A stretch of DNA of 64,000 nucleotides from Eledone cirrhosa (Eukaryota). Each line of letters opens with the position of its first letter. Position 1 is the stretch's first letter. The notes beneath the pieces were generated by a model, which saw only the letters and a program-made list of their open reading frames with translations, had not been told where the DNA came from and did no database searches. The DNA lies in assembly GCA_964016885.1 (NCBI GenBank), contig OZ024760.1:12152001-12216000 (forward strand), given 5' to 3'. Below, in pieces: positions 40,797-52,907 of the stretch. The translations under genes were made by a program, and so were the position numbers.

Positions 40797-42163
40797 AGAA
40801 CTCTTTATCAAATTTTATTCCAATAAATTTTAATTCATTTATTCTAGTTTTTTTTTTATTGAATTGAATTATCGTTTAACATCCTGTACTGCTTGGGATG
40901 ACATTAAAAAGTACAAAACAACAAAATGATTGCATCACATTAAAAATTGGTCTTTACTGTAAAATTGCAAATTTTTTCAAGATTTGAATAAAGAAATCAT
41001 ATTAAGTGAAATTTGGAAATATAAATCAGTACTTTGACTGCATCATGTTAAATATGAAAATACTGCAAATTTTCACAATTTGTTCACTAATAAAGATACT
41101 ATGAACATTTGAATTAACAAAACTTTTAAAATATTTTCTGCTAAATCATTACAGGATGGTAAAAATGTAGTTTAATATATAACATGTAGCGTTATCAAGT
41201 GTGTGTTGATGTTGTATCTCTCTAGCTCTCCTCAATATTATAAGTAAATGGGAGCCCACAGAATAGAGGTGTTAAACACGGAGGCTAACGCCTGCGGGTA
41301 GCTAACTCATTGCCGATGGTGGTATGTAGGGAGGTGGTCATAGGGCGAAGGTAACCAGAAGCTATTGAATTGTACAGTGTTTCCACCTCAAAATAATATC
41401 TATCATCGTCTTATCAAGTGTCTCCCTCTCTTTCACTGCCTCCGTTTCTCCCCATCTTTTACTATTATAAGCAAATGGGAGTCCATGCGCTGGTTGCTCC
41501 ATGGTCCTGGTGGGCAGAATAGAGGATGGTGGGGTAGAGGTGTAGGAAGAGCCATTCCTGCTCATACCTGCGGGTAGCCAACTTCATGCCAATGGCGGTC
41601 CTAGGGTGAAGGACACCAGAAGTCTCCACTGCTAAAAAATTATGACATTTCTTTTAATCGGATACACTTTTCTCAGCAGACTTTTTAGCTGGATGCCTTT
41701 CCTAAAACCAACCACTTTACAGTGTGTTTTTATTGTCTCATATTTTTTCTTTCATCCTCCTCATCAATAATGGCAGGGACTTTTCAGTGCTTTTCCACTC
41801 ACAGGGCAGTGAATCATCGTCTGCTTCCTCGAGGCCCTGTGGTCTGTAGTCAGAAAGTGTTGAGATCCTCTTTGAGTCCTTCCATGGCCAGCCACCATTT
41901 CTCTTTCCACCTCCGTATTCATCCTTTGGTGCCACAATCTTATCTTAAATATCTGGTGCATTGTCCGCCAGTTAACCCATGCTCAATGTGAGTTTAGAGG
42001 GCAAAAGAAGCATTTGAAGAGCATGGTTGGCTTGTAGGACCTTCTATGACCAGCTACACCATTATCAGTGCCAGGTTAGCAGGCAAAAGAAGCATTTTAA
42101 AGGCATGTACAGCCAGTGAAGCTATGTTCTAAGCTGGGTTAGAGAGCGAAAGAAGCAGTTTAA

Positions 42164-42292
42164 CCCTTTAACATTCACATTGTTCTTTATATACTGTTGT
42201 AGATTTTCAGAATAATACCTTAACGTAAGTATGGGCAGCTGGTCTGAACAGAAAGAAGTGAGAGAATTCTCGCTGGTTTAAATGGTAAAGGG
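42164..42292 (+). mobile_element. Short array-free copy of the TTAA MITE (others at ~60310-60500, 60609-60746, 63686-63854 on -)
   Basis: TTAA|CCCTTTAACATT ... AATGGTAAAGGG|TTAA with the shared aacagaaagaagtgagagaattct body. Confidence 0.7.
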
Positions 42293-42695
42293 TTAAAGGC
42301 AATGGTGTCTTGTATGTTTAATGGCCCTACCTACGTTCCAAACAACAATCACCTTACAAGTTGCACTGGAGGTACCAGTACTTTATCCCCCTCTCTATCT
42401 CTACCTCCCTCCTACTCCTCATTCTCTCCCTTTTCTTTTGTAACCTCCTTCTCACTTATTCCTTCTCTCTCTCCTCCTCTCTATTATCCTGTCATTCACC
42501 CCCCCCCTTTCCTTTCATCTTAAAGTCATTCTTATCTTTATTCTCTTCCCCAATTTCTTCAAACCAGATAGTGTCATCTTTTCACATCCCAACACATATG
42601 TTTTACGTATTGTATATATATATATAATACATAAAACATATGTATGTATATTTATATACACTTATATGTATAGATATATATATAAAACGTGTATA

Positions 42696-43490
42696 TACAG
42701 GGTGCCGACGACATCTGTTCGCAATTTTCAACTGCTAATTTTATGCAAATTTTTTTACTTCCGTTGTCACTCTTGTCTTCATAAAAACAGTGACTATATT
42801 TCCATTATTTATTTTCAGAATAATTGATTATGAATAATTTTGAACCTCTAAATTTGTGGAAGAAACACGGAGTTATTCTTTGAATCCGCGCCGGGAGGAC
42901 AAATAAGGAAATTTCAAACTTTCTCAGCAACAGCAGGAGAACAGTGTCTCATCCAAAGACGTGCCCAGAGTCATGCAGACAAAGTTTCCAGCGACAACAT
43001 TGGTCTTAGGTGTCGTCAGCAGTCAAGGTGACGTCTTGCCACCTCACTTCTTCCCTGAGGGCCTCAAGCTGAACACCAATGGCTACATCCGCGTTGTGAG
43101 CGAGGTAGTAAAGCCCTGGATCGACCAGATAGCTGCTGGTAGGCCGTACGTGTGGCAGCAAGACTCAGCACCCTGCCATACCATCCAAGCCTGGCTGTCA
43201 GAGAACTTCATCGACCACACTTCACCCGACATCTGGCCTCCCAGCTCGCCTGACTGCAACCCCCTCGACTTCTTTGTGTGGGGTGCAGTGGAAAAAGACA
43301 CCAACAGATCTAGCTGCAATACGAAAGACGATCTGAAGGCCAGGATCACAAGTGCCTTTAGGGGCCTAAGTCGGGGGACATTGACGAAGGCCTGTAGCCG
43401 GTTCCGAAGCCAATGGCGGGTTTATCGAGTGAGATCGAAAGAACAAGTCATGGCGACAAACTGACCCAAGTTTGATAAATATATCTTGCA
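42696..43490 (+). pseudogene. Internally deleted Tc1/mariner-superfamily (maT/DD37D-like) transposon
   Basis: YVWQQDSAPCH...WLSENF...WPPSSPDCNPLDFFVWG in ORF 42961-43464. Left end TACAGGGTG at 42696. Confidence 0.85.
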
Positions 43491-43833
43491 TTTAGGCAGT
43501 ATTGGTAGAGGGTCGGACACCATGCTTTCCAGCATAGTTACGTCCCTTTACGATCTGAGTTCAAATCCCGCCGAGGTTGACTTTGCCTTTCATCCTTACG
43601 GGGTCGATAAAATAAAGTACCAGTAATGCACTGGGTATTTGCTGGCCTTGTGCCTAAAGTAGAAACAATTATTAAGAATGAATAAAAAACACTATTTTAA
43701 CATTTTATTTTGAAGGGGAAATAACCCATAAAAAGGGATTTGAACGAATTATCTTTCTTCGTTAATCATTATGCCAATTGCTTTACCACTGAAAGAAAAC
43801 TGTAATTCGAATATACTACGTACGATATGGTCA

Positions 43834-43925
43834 ATATATATATGTAAAAGGTAAACAGAAATAACAACACGGAAGGGATATATTAGGTTAACGTTTCGGA
43901 CGCTAGTCCTTCATCAGAAGAATGA
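43834..43925 (-). mobile_element. Penelope-like pLTR fragment with intact hammerhead core
   Basis: Reverse strand reads ttctt CTGATGA aGGAC tagc GTCC GAAA CGTTAA, core identical to the 55540 copy. Confidence 0.6.
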
Positions 43926-44639
43926 ATTAGAAATAAGATAAATTGAGCGGATGGGTGGGCTATATATATATATTCTGATGGAAAGTGGGAAAACTCGACG
44001 TAAGGAAGCTGTTAGGACAACAAAATGCCGTTGGGTAAAATATTACCTCGAGGGACAGAGATTAGCGGCTCGATGTGAGTTGACTGGAAGGAAGAGAAGA
44101 TAGGATGGAGGAAATAGAATGTATGAGAGTGAAGAGGTCACAAACATGAAAATATGCTCTCCAGATCTCAACCTTCTGCAGTTTCGACGAATTAATGAGA
44201 TTACTGCGAGAAATAGAAGGCTCGTAACGGAGAAATAAATATCTTTGTTCATATAATGTTTGTGTTGGGTTAGAGAGATGGAGTGGGTCTGATCGGCCCC
44301 ATGTCGTCGCAAGAATATTGGCGTCAATAGAACTGGCCTGTAGAAGGAAAAGATGGGGAACAGTGAGAAAGAATACACTCTTTCTAAGTCATCTTAGCAC
44401 TATATACACACTTTCTAAGTCATCTCAATACTATATACACACTTTCTAAGTCATCTTAGCACTATATACACTCTTTCTAACTCATTTTAGCACTATATAC
44501 ACTCTTTCTAACTCATTTTAGCACTATATACACACTTTCTAAGTCATCTTAGCACTATATACACACTTTCTAATATAACTCAAATCTCTATGACATTCTC
44601 TTATCTCTCTATAAACCTCTTCTGTAGATCTTTATTCTT

Positions 44640-44763
44640 TTTTCGGCGCATGCGTGCTTTAGTAAAATAAATTAAATGGCCGCCCGAAGAACTTCATGTT
44701 TTCCAACGTGAATAAAAAAAAAACGTAAAAAATTTGGATTTTACTAATTTTATGGAGGTAAGT
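44640..44763 (+). promoter_or_regulatory. Candidate Pol II promoter/first exon module (left copy)
   Basis: GCGCATGCG (NRF1-like) 44646-44654, AAATGGCCGCC (YY1-like) 44674-44684, donor GAG|gtaagt at 44757/8. CpG-containing patch in AT-rich DNA. Confidence 0.45.
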
Positions 44764-46095
44764 AAAACTTTTTTTTATGTTGATCAGTTTTATTAAGACA
44801 TTTCCCTCCATGTCAGAAATAATTATTTAAACATTAGTTTTGTTTAGCTTCTGTCACACCCTACATTCTAATCTAATACAACATACCTCTCCCACAAATA
44901 ATGTATTCTTTAGATTATGTAATATATCCTCGTATTTTGTAATCAGTGTTAACTAGATATTGCTTTTAACCAACGTAACATAGAACAAGATTTTTCAAAG
45001 ACCGTATATTCCATATAGATTCTATTTCGACACCTTCATAAAGATTTTGTTGGGGGGTCATTTACATTCTCAGTTTCTTTCTTGAATAAAAAACGTAAAA
45101 AATTTGGATTTTACTTATTTTACGGAGGTAAAGTAAAACTTTATTTTATGTTGATCAGTTTTATTAAAACATTTTCTGTTTATTTCCCTCCATAATGTCA
45201 GAAATAATTATTTAAACATTAGTTTTGTTTAGCTTCTGTCACACCTTTACATTCTAATCTAATACAACACACCTCTCATACAGTCTTAGTTTCTTTATTC
45301 AGAAACTTCATTTACAGTTCCCCCCTTTAGAGATTTACATAGTTGTAGACACTTCATCTACATTCTTAGTTTCTTTAGTGTTACCCCTGTAGGAAAAGGT
45401 TTTCTTGTTTCCTCTATTTAAATGTATATATAATAAAAGACAAAATAGTTTTGTTTAGCTTCTGTCACACCTTACATTCAAATGTAATACAACACACTCC
45501 CCCACAAATAGTTTATTCTTTAGATTGGTAAATAATATATCCTCGTATTTTGTAATCAGAGGTTAACTAGATATCGTTTTTACTTTTAACCTACATAACA
45601 TAGAACCATTTGCATTCTTAGTTTTGGGTCTCTTGCTCAGTCAGCGATTAATTGGAGAAAAAATATAAACGAAATGAATGGAGGTAATTCGTTCGGAATA
45701 GAGATTTTCATAAGGAAATTGTATATGTCTATATGTGTCTTCCTCATAAATGTAGCGGTCCTGGCGTCAGTACGGAGGTAAGTAATCTTTAATTATTCAT
45801 TGGAGAAAAAAATATAAACGAAATGAATGGAGGTAATTCGTTCGGAATAGAGATTTTCATAAGGAAATTGTTAGTGCATTAGACGATGTTTTTAATGAAT
45901 ATAATTGCATAATTTATAGAGAAAAAAAAAGGTTCAGAGGTCGAATCCCTCATCGTCATAATACCACCAATGCGCTAATAATTTTCTTGTAAAAATATCT
46001 TTACTCAGAACCCCAAATTACCTCCCTTCGTTTCGTTTATATTTTTTTTAAACAAAAATTGTGCAAAGTACCTATAAGTATGACTATTTAACTCA

Positions 46096-46260
46096 GTAGA
46101 ATTGCGGCCTTCGAGGTGGCGTGCGAGCTGCGTCTCAGACTACCAGTCAAGGTGACTGACGTTCGATTCGTAGTGGCGTGCGACTGCTAAAAGGGCCTGA
46201 GACTGTCTGGGCCGGTACATAGAGACTGGCCCGTCTCAGACCACCTCGGAGAATGATTTT
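46096..46260 (+). ncRNA. Candidate Pol III-type structured ncRNA (copy L)
   Basis: TATA at 46073, GTAGAATTGCGGC at 46096, B-box-like GTTCGATTC at 46161, terminal stem 46110-46119/46241-46250, 3' hairpin 46197-46239, TTTT at 46257-46260. Confidence 0.45.
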
Positions 46261-46324
46261 GCTAAAAAAAACTTCGATTATCTCCCCTTGGATTTTACCT
46301 CCCTTGATTTTAAGAATTCATTTT

Positions 46325-47085
46325 GATTTTTCGACTTTTCATATAGATTCATTTTGGACACTTTAATAACACACGTTTCATATACATTTTTTTTTTTTCG
46401 ACTTTTCAAAAACACGTTTCATATACATTTTTTTTTTTCGACTTTTCAAAAACACACGTTTTATATAGATTATTTTTTCGACTTTTCAAAAACACGCGTT
46501 TCATATAGATTATTTTTTCGACTTTTCAAAAACACACGTTTTATATAGATTATTTTTTCGACTTTTCAAAAACACATGTTTCATATAGATTATTTTTTCG
46601 ACTTTTCAAAAACACACGCTTCATATACATTTAGACACTTCATCTACATTCTTAGATTTTTTTTTTTTTTTAGACACTTCATTTACATTCTTATTCTTTT
46701 TAGACACTTCATCTACATTCTTAGATTCTTTTTAGACACTTCATCTACATTCTTAGATTTTTTTTTTTTTTAGACACATCTACATTCTTAAATTTTTTTT
46801 TTTTTTTTAGACACTTCATCTACATTCTTAGATTTTTTTTTTTTTAGACACTTCATCTACATTCTTAGATTTTTTTTTTTTTTTTAGACACTTCATCTAC
46901 ATTCTTAGATTTTTTTTTTTTTAGACACTTCATCTACATTCTTAGATTCTTTTTTTTTCAGACACTTCATCTACATTCTTAGATTTTTTTTTTTCTTTAG
47001 ACACTTCATCTACATTCTTAGATTCTTTTTTTTAGACACTTCATCTACATTTTTAGATTTCTTTTAGACACTTCACTTAGATTCT
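46325..47085. repeat. Two adjacent arrays: 40-bp (ttttttcgacttttcaaaaacacacgtttcatatagatta) then ttagacacttcatctacattcttaga-T(n)
   Basis: Periodicity visible at 46441/46481/46521/46561. Variable poly-T spacer in the second array. Confidence 0.88.
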
Positions 47086-47499
47086 TTTTCACATTATTCA
47101 AGGGAAACAACTCATGTTTTTACAGAGTTACCTCCCTTGAATAATAAACCCCCCCCCCCATCTAAGGGAAACAACTCGTTTTTTAAAGAGTTACCTCCCT
47201 TGGATAATAAAAAAAAAAACTCCCCTCTCCTGAAAGAGTTACTTTCGTTTAATGAGAAAAATATGACTTATTGACTTTGAAAGAGTTAATTCCTGTACTA
47301 AAATGTATTCCGAAGGAGGTTTAAGACAGTCGGAATTTCTTTCGAAGACAAGAGCCATTTATATGTCTAGAAGCTTTCTTTTGTCAAAATATTAACACAA
47401 CTAGTATATAATATGTAATAATTTCTTTATTGACAGAGGCTAAAAGCCAATCTATTTTTGTCAAATAAACTGAACACAATTCGTAAATATGTAAACATT

Positions 47500-47620
47500 T
47501 TTTTTTTTATTAACAGACACTTCTTCACTGTTCAGGAAACTTGGACTTGTAAATACTTTCACAATCAAAACCTTCTTTCAGTGGTTGCAGCATGTGATAT
47601 GATTGCAGCTGGGGGGACAT
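47500..47620 (-). other. Orphan 3'-terminal exon (strong acceptor plus polyA signal)
   Basis: - strand ttttttcttatttcatttttcttacag|ATGTCC... with AATAAA at 47511-47506. Confidence 0.45.
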
Positions 47621-48404
47621 CTGTAAGAAAAATGAAATAAGAAAAAACTATGAAAGTCATTTATGTACATTGTCAATAAAAAAAATTAAACTTTCTAAAA
47701 TTCTTCCAGCTTTGTCTTTTACTATAATATATAATAATATACACATAAGGATATATATTTAGAACTTTCTTTCAAATTATTTCTTACAATATATATATAT
47801 ATGCGTATAAAAACATGTATAAATATTTACATGTGTATATGGAGGCACATGGCTTAGTCATTAGAGCATTGGCCTTGCAATCGAAAAGTTGTGAGTTCAA
47901 TTCTCAGACTGGGTGGTTTTTTCCTTGAGCAAGACACTTTATTTCACATTGCTCCAGTTTACTCAGCTGTAGAAATGAGATGATAGAGACCCCAGTCCAC
48001 GGCAAAAAAAAGCACCCAGCTGTAAATAAGGTTGGTGATAGGAAGGGCATCCAGCTGTAGAAATCGAGCCAGAATCAGTTCCCGTCCCACCCTTGCAAGC
48101 AGGGAAAGCGGACGTAAAATGATGATGATGATATATATAGTGAAATTCCGTTATAAATTATATATGTACATATACAGAAACAAGAAAACCTGTTCCTACG
48201 TTGGGTTTATCAAATGTCAAAGCTACTTATAGGGATGTGGTCCAGGTTGTCGCTAGAGGTGTCACAACATACACAGATGAAGGGCCACTCCCACGTTGGG
48301 TTGTCAAGCTGGGAAGGGAAGCACCTTAAGTCCACGACAGTGAGGTTCACGGAAAACTAGATGTGGAGTTGAGGGACGAGTGAAAAGATGCCAGTGTATA
48401 TAAA

Positions 48405-51322
48405 AAAACGAGTTAGAAAGTGTGTATATAGTGTTGAGACGAGTTAGAAAGTGTGTATATAGTGTTGAGACGAGTTAGAAAGTGTGTATATAGTGTTGAG
48501 ATGAGTTAGAAAGTATGTATATAGTATTAAGATGAGTTAGAAAGTGTGTATATAGTATTAAGATGAGTTAGAAAGTATGTATATAGTATTAAGATGAGAT
48601 AGAAAGTGTGTATATAGTGTGTATAAAATGTGTATATAGTGTTAAAATGAGTTAGAAAGTGTGTATATAGTATTAAGATGAGTTAGAAAGTGTGTATATA
48701 GTGTTAAGATGAGTTAGAAAGTGTGTATATAGTATTGAGATGACTTAGAAAGTGTGTATATAGTGTTAAGAGTTAGAAAGTGTGTATATAGTATTAAGAT
48801 GAGTTAGAAAGTATGTATATAGTATTAAGATGAGATAGAAAGTGTGTATAAAATGTGTATATAGTGTTAAAATGAGTTAGAAAGTGTGTATATAGTGTTA
48901 AGATGAGTTAGAAAGTGTGTATATAGTATTAAGATGAGTTAGAAAGTGTGTATATAGTGTTAAGATGAGTTAGAAAGTGTGTATATAGTATTAAGATGAG
49001 TTAGAAAGTGTGTATATAGTGTTAAGATGAGTTAGAAAGTGTGTATATAGTATTAAGATGAGTTAGAAAGTGTGTATATAGTATTAAGATGAGTTAGAAA
49101 GTGTGTATATAGTATTAAGATGAGTTAGAAAGTGTGTATATAGTGTTAAGATGAGTTAGAAAGTGTGTATATAGTATTAAGATGAGTTAGAAAGTGTGTA
49201 TATAGTGTTAAGATGAGTTAGAAAGTGTGTATATAGTATTAAGATGAGTTAGAAAGTATGTATATAGTATTAAGATGAGATAGAAAGTGTGTATAAAGTG
49301 TGTATATAGTGTTAAAATGACTTAGAAAGTGTGTATATAGTGTTAAGATGAGTTAGAAAGTGTGTATATAGTGTTAAGATGAGTTAGAAAGTATGTATAT
49401 AGTGTTAAGAGGAGTTAGAAAGTGTGTATATAGTATTAAGATGAGTTAGAAAGTGTGTATATAGTATTAAGATGAGTTAGAAAGTGTGTATATAGTATTA
49501 AGATGAGTTAGAAAGTGTGTATATAGTATTAAGATGAGTTAGAAAGTATGTATATAGTATTAAGATGAGTTAGAAAGTGTGTATATAGTGTTAAGATGAG
49601 TTAGAAAGTGTGTATATAGTATTAAGATGAGATAGAAAGTGTGTATAAAATGTGTATATAGTGTTAAAATGAGTTAGAAAGTGTGTATATAGTGTTAAGA
49701 TGAGTTAGAAAGTGTGTATATAGTATTAAGATGAGTTAGAAAGTGTGTATATAGTGTTAAGATGAGTTAGAAAGTGTGTATATAGTATTAAGATGAGTTA
49801 GAAAGTGTGTATATAGTATTAAGATGAGTTAGAAAGTGTGTATATAGTATTAAGATGAGTTAGAAAGTGTGTATATAGTGTTAAGATGAGTTAGAAAGTG
49901 TGTATATAGTATTAAGATGAGTTAGAAAGTATGTATATAGTATTAAGATGAGATAGAAAGTGTGTATAAAATGTGTATATAGTGTTAAAATGAGTTAGAA
50001 AGTGTGTATATAGTGTTAAGATGAGTTAGAAAGTGTGTATATAGTATTAAGATGAGTTAGAAAGTATGTATATAGTATTAAGATGAGATAGAAAGTGTGT
50101 ATAAAATGTGTATATAGTGTTAAAATGAGTTAGAAAGTGTGTATATAGTGTTAAGATGAGTTAGAAAGTGTGTATATAGTATTAAGATGAGTTAGAAAGT
50201 GTGTATATAGTATTAAGATGAGTTAGAAAGTGTGTATATAGTATTAAGATGAGTTAGAAAGTGTGTATATAGTGTTAAGATGAGTTAGAAAGTGTGTATA
50301 TAGTATTAAGATGAGTTAGAAAGTATGTATATAGTGTTAAGATGAGTTAGAAAGTGTGTATATAGTATTAAGATGAGTTAGAAAGTATGTATATAGTATT
50401 AAGATGAGTTAGAAAGTGTGTATATAGTGTTAAGATGAGTTAGAAAGTGTGTATATAGTGTTAAAATGACTTAGAAAGTGTGTATATAGTGTTAAGATGA
50501 GTTAGAAAGTGTGTATATAGTGTTAAGATGAGTTAGAAAGTATGTATATAGTGTTAAGAGGAGTTAGAAAGTGTGTATATAGTGTTAAGATGAGTTAGAA
50601 AGTGTGTATATAGTGTTAAGAGGAGTTAGAAAGTGTGTATATAGTATTAAGATGAGTTAGAAAGTGTGTATATAGTATTGAGATGAGTTAGAAAGTGTGT
50701 ATATAGTATTAAGATGAGTTAGAAAGTGTGTATATAGTATTAAGATGAGTTAGAAAGTGTGTATATAGTATTAAGATGACTTAGAAAGTGTGTATATAGT
50801 GTTGAGATGAGTTAGAAAGTGTGTATATAGTGTTAAGATGAGTTAGAAAGTGTGTATATAGTATTAAGATGAGTTAGAAAGTGTGTATATAGTATTAAGA
50901 TGACTTAGAAAGTGTGTATATAGTGTTGAGATGAGTTAGAAAGTGTGTATATAGTGTTGAGATGAGTTAGAAAGTGTGTATATAGTATTAAGATGAGTTA
51001 GAAAGTGTGTATATAGTATTGAGATGAGTTAGAAAGTGTGTATATAGTATTGAGATGACTTAGAAAGTGTGTATATAGTGTTGAGATGAGTTAGAAAGTG
51101 TGTATATAGTGTTAAGACGACTTAGAAAGTGTGTATATAGTATTAAGAGGAGTTAGAAAGTGTGTATATAGTGTTAAGAGGAGTTAGAAAGTGTGTATAT
51201 AGTGCTAAGATGACATAGAAAGTGTGTATATAGTGTTAAGAGGAGTTAGAAAGTGTGTATATAGTGTTAAGATGACATAGAAAGTGTGTATATAGTGTTG
51301 AGATGACTTAGAAAGTGTGTAT
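48405..51322. repeat. ~2.9-kb 31-bp satellite. Same unit at 52050-52530 and inverted at 44375-44572.
   Basis: Unit gagttagaaagtgtgtatatagtattaagat. Confidence 0.95.
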
Positions 51323-51370
51323 AAATGCCGTTATAAATTATATATGTACATATACAATAATACATGTATG

Positions 51371-51401
<31 letters not shown>

Positions 51402-51862
51402 ACAAGAAAACCTGTTCCTACGTTGGGACTATCAAATGTAAAAGCTACTTATAGGTAATAGGGGTGTGGTCCGGGGGGCCACCAGGCAGCAGGTTGCCGT
51501 TAGAGAAGGTGTCACAACATACACAGACGAAGGGCCTACCCCCCAAGCTGGGAAGGGAAACCTGGTGACCAGCACCTTAAGTCCACGACAGTGAGGTTCA
51601 CAGATAAGGGAACACAAGATGTGGAGTTGAGGGGACGAGTGTATATAAAGAAACTAAGAATGTAAATGAGGATATTTTATTTAGCAACTTACATAATCTA
51701 AAGAATACATTATTTGTGGGAGAGGTGTGTTGTATTAGATTAGAATGTAGGGTGTGACAGAAGCTAAACAAGACTAATGTTTAAATAATTATTTCTGACA
51801 TTATGGAGGGAAATAAACAGAAAATGTCTTAATAAAACTGACCAACATAAAATAAAGTTTTA

Positions 51863-51980
51863 CTTTACCTCCATAAAATTAGTAAAATACAAATTTTTTA
51901 CGTTTTTTATTCACGTTGGAAAAGATGAAGTTCTTCGGGCGGCCATTTAATTTATTTTACTAAAGCACGCATGCGCAGAA
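51863..51980 (-). promoter_or_regulatory. Candidate Pol II promoter/first exon module (inverted right copy)
   Basis: Reverse complement of the left module: TGCGCATGCG, AAATGGCCGCC, donor GAG|gtaaag at 51869/8. Confidence 0.45.
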
Positions 51981-52749
51981 AATAGAATAAAGATCTACAG
52001 AAGAGGTTTATAGAGAGATAAGAGAATGTCAGAGAGATTTGAGTTATATTAGAAAGTGTGTATATAGTGCTAAGATGACTTAGAAAGTGTGTATATAGTG
52101 CTAAGATGAGTTAGAAAGTGTGTATATAGTGCTAAGATGACTTAGAAAGTGTGTATATAGTATTGAGATGACTTAGAAAGTGTGTATATAGTGCTAAGAT
52201 GACTTAGAAAGTGTGTATATAGTGCTAAGATGACTTAGAAAGTGTGTATATAGTGCTAAGATGAGTTAGAAAGTGTGTATATAGTGCTAAGATGACTTAG
52301 AAAGTGTGTATATAGTGTTGAGACGACTTAGAAAGTGTGTATATATAGTCTCTTGATGACTTAGTAAGAGTGTATATAGTGTTGAGACGACTTAGAAAGT
52401 GTGTATATAATGTCGAAATGTGTATAGTGTATATAATGTCGAAGTGTGTATAGTGTCGAGATGGCTTAGTATGTATGTATATAGTGTTGAGACGACTTAG
52501 TGTGTATATATAGTTGAGATGGCTTAGAAGAGGTAACACTATTTGTAAGTGTAGCTTTTTTTTAGTTTAAAAGAAAGTGTGTATATAATAACATGTATGT
52601 GTATAGAGAGAAGGTTTAGTGTCATATATTATACAGCAAAGAAAACATTACATGAAGAAATAAATATCCAAAGTGATTTTCTTTCTTAACCGGAAAATCG
52701 ATTGAGAAGAGTTATATAAAGGGGAGATAACTCTAATCAAATTTACACT

Positions 52750-52907
52750 AAAAAAATCGATTGTTCGGAGGCCAGCCTGCAAATAGTCCCAGCTTCATAA
52801 GCCAGGAAGACCTCGTAACGATTCGAACTCCAGACACATAGAATGGTCACGCCATACATAAGTAGACGACAAAGTCGGAACAGCTACGCGCATCGCCGCA
52901 ATTCTAC
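52750..52907 (-). ncRNA. Candidate Pol III-type structured ncRNA (copy R)
   Basis: TATA at 52930, GTAGAATTGCGGC at 52907, B-box-like GAGTTCGAATC 52830-52820, 3' hairpin gaggtc..tcctggctt/aagctggga..ggcctc, T7 at 52756-52750. Confidence 0.45.

Noticed and set aside
44043-44378. Minus-strand open frames with an acceptor-like site upstream of the 43917 hammerhead
   Set aside because: No recognisable RT or GIY-YIG motif. Cannot be called coding from sequence alone.
9905-51322. Regular arrays (35/37, 42, 62, 31 bp) superficially like CRISPR repeats or repeat proteins
   Set aside because: Head-to-tail units with no unique spacers, no cas genes and a eukaryotic context. ORFs across them are artefacts.
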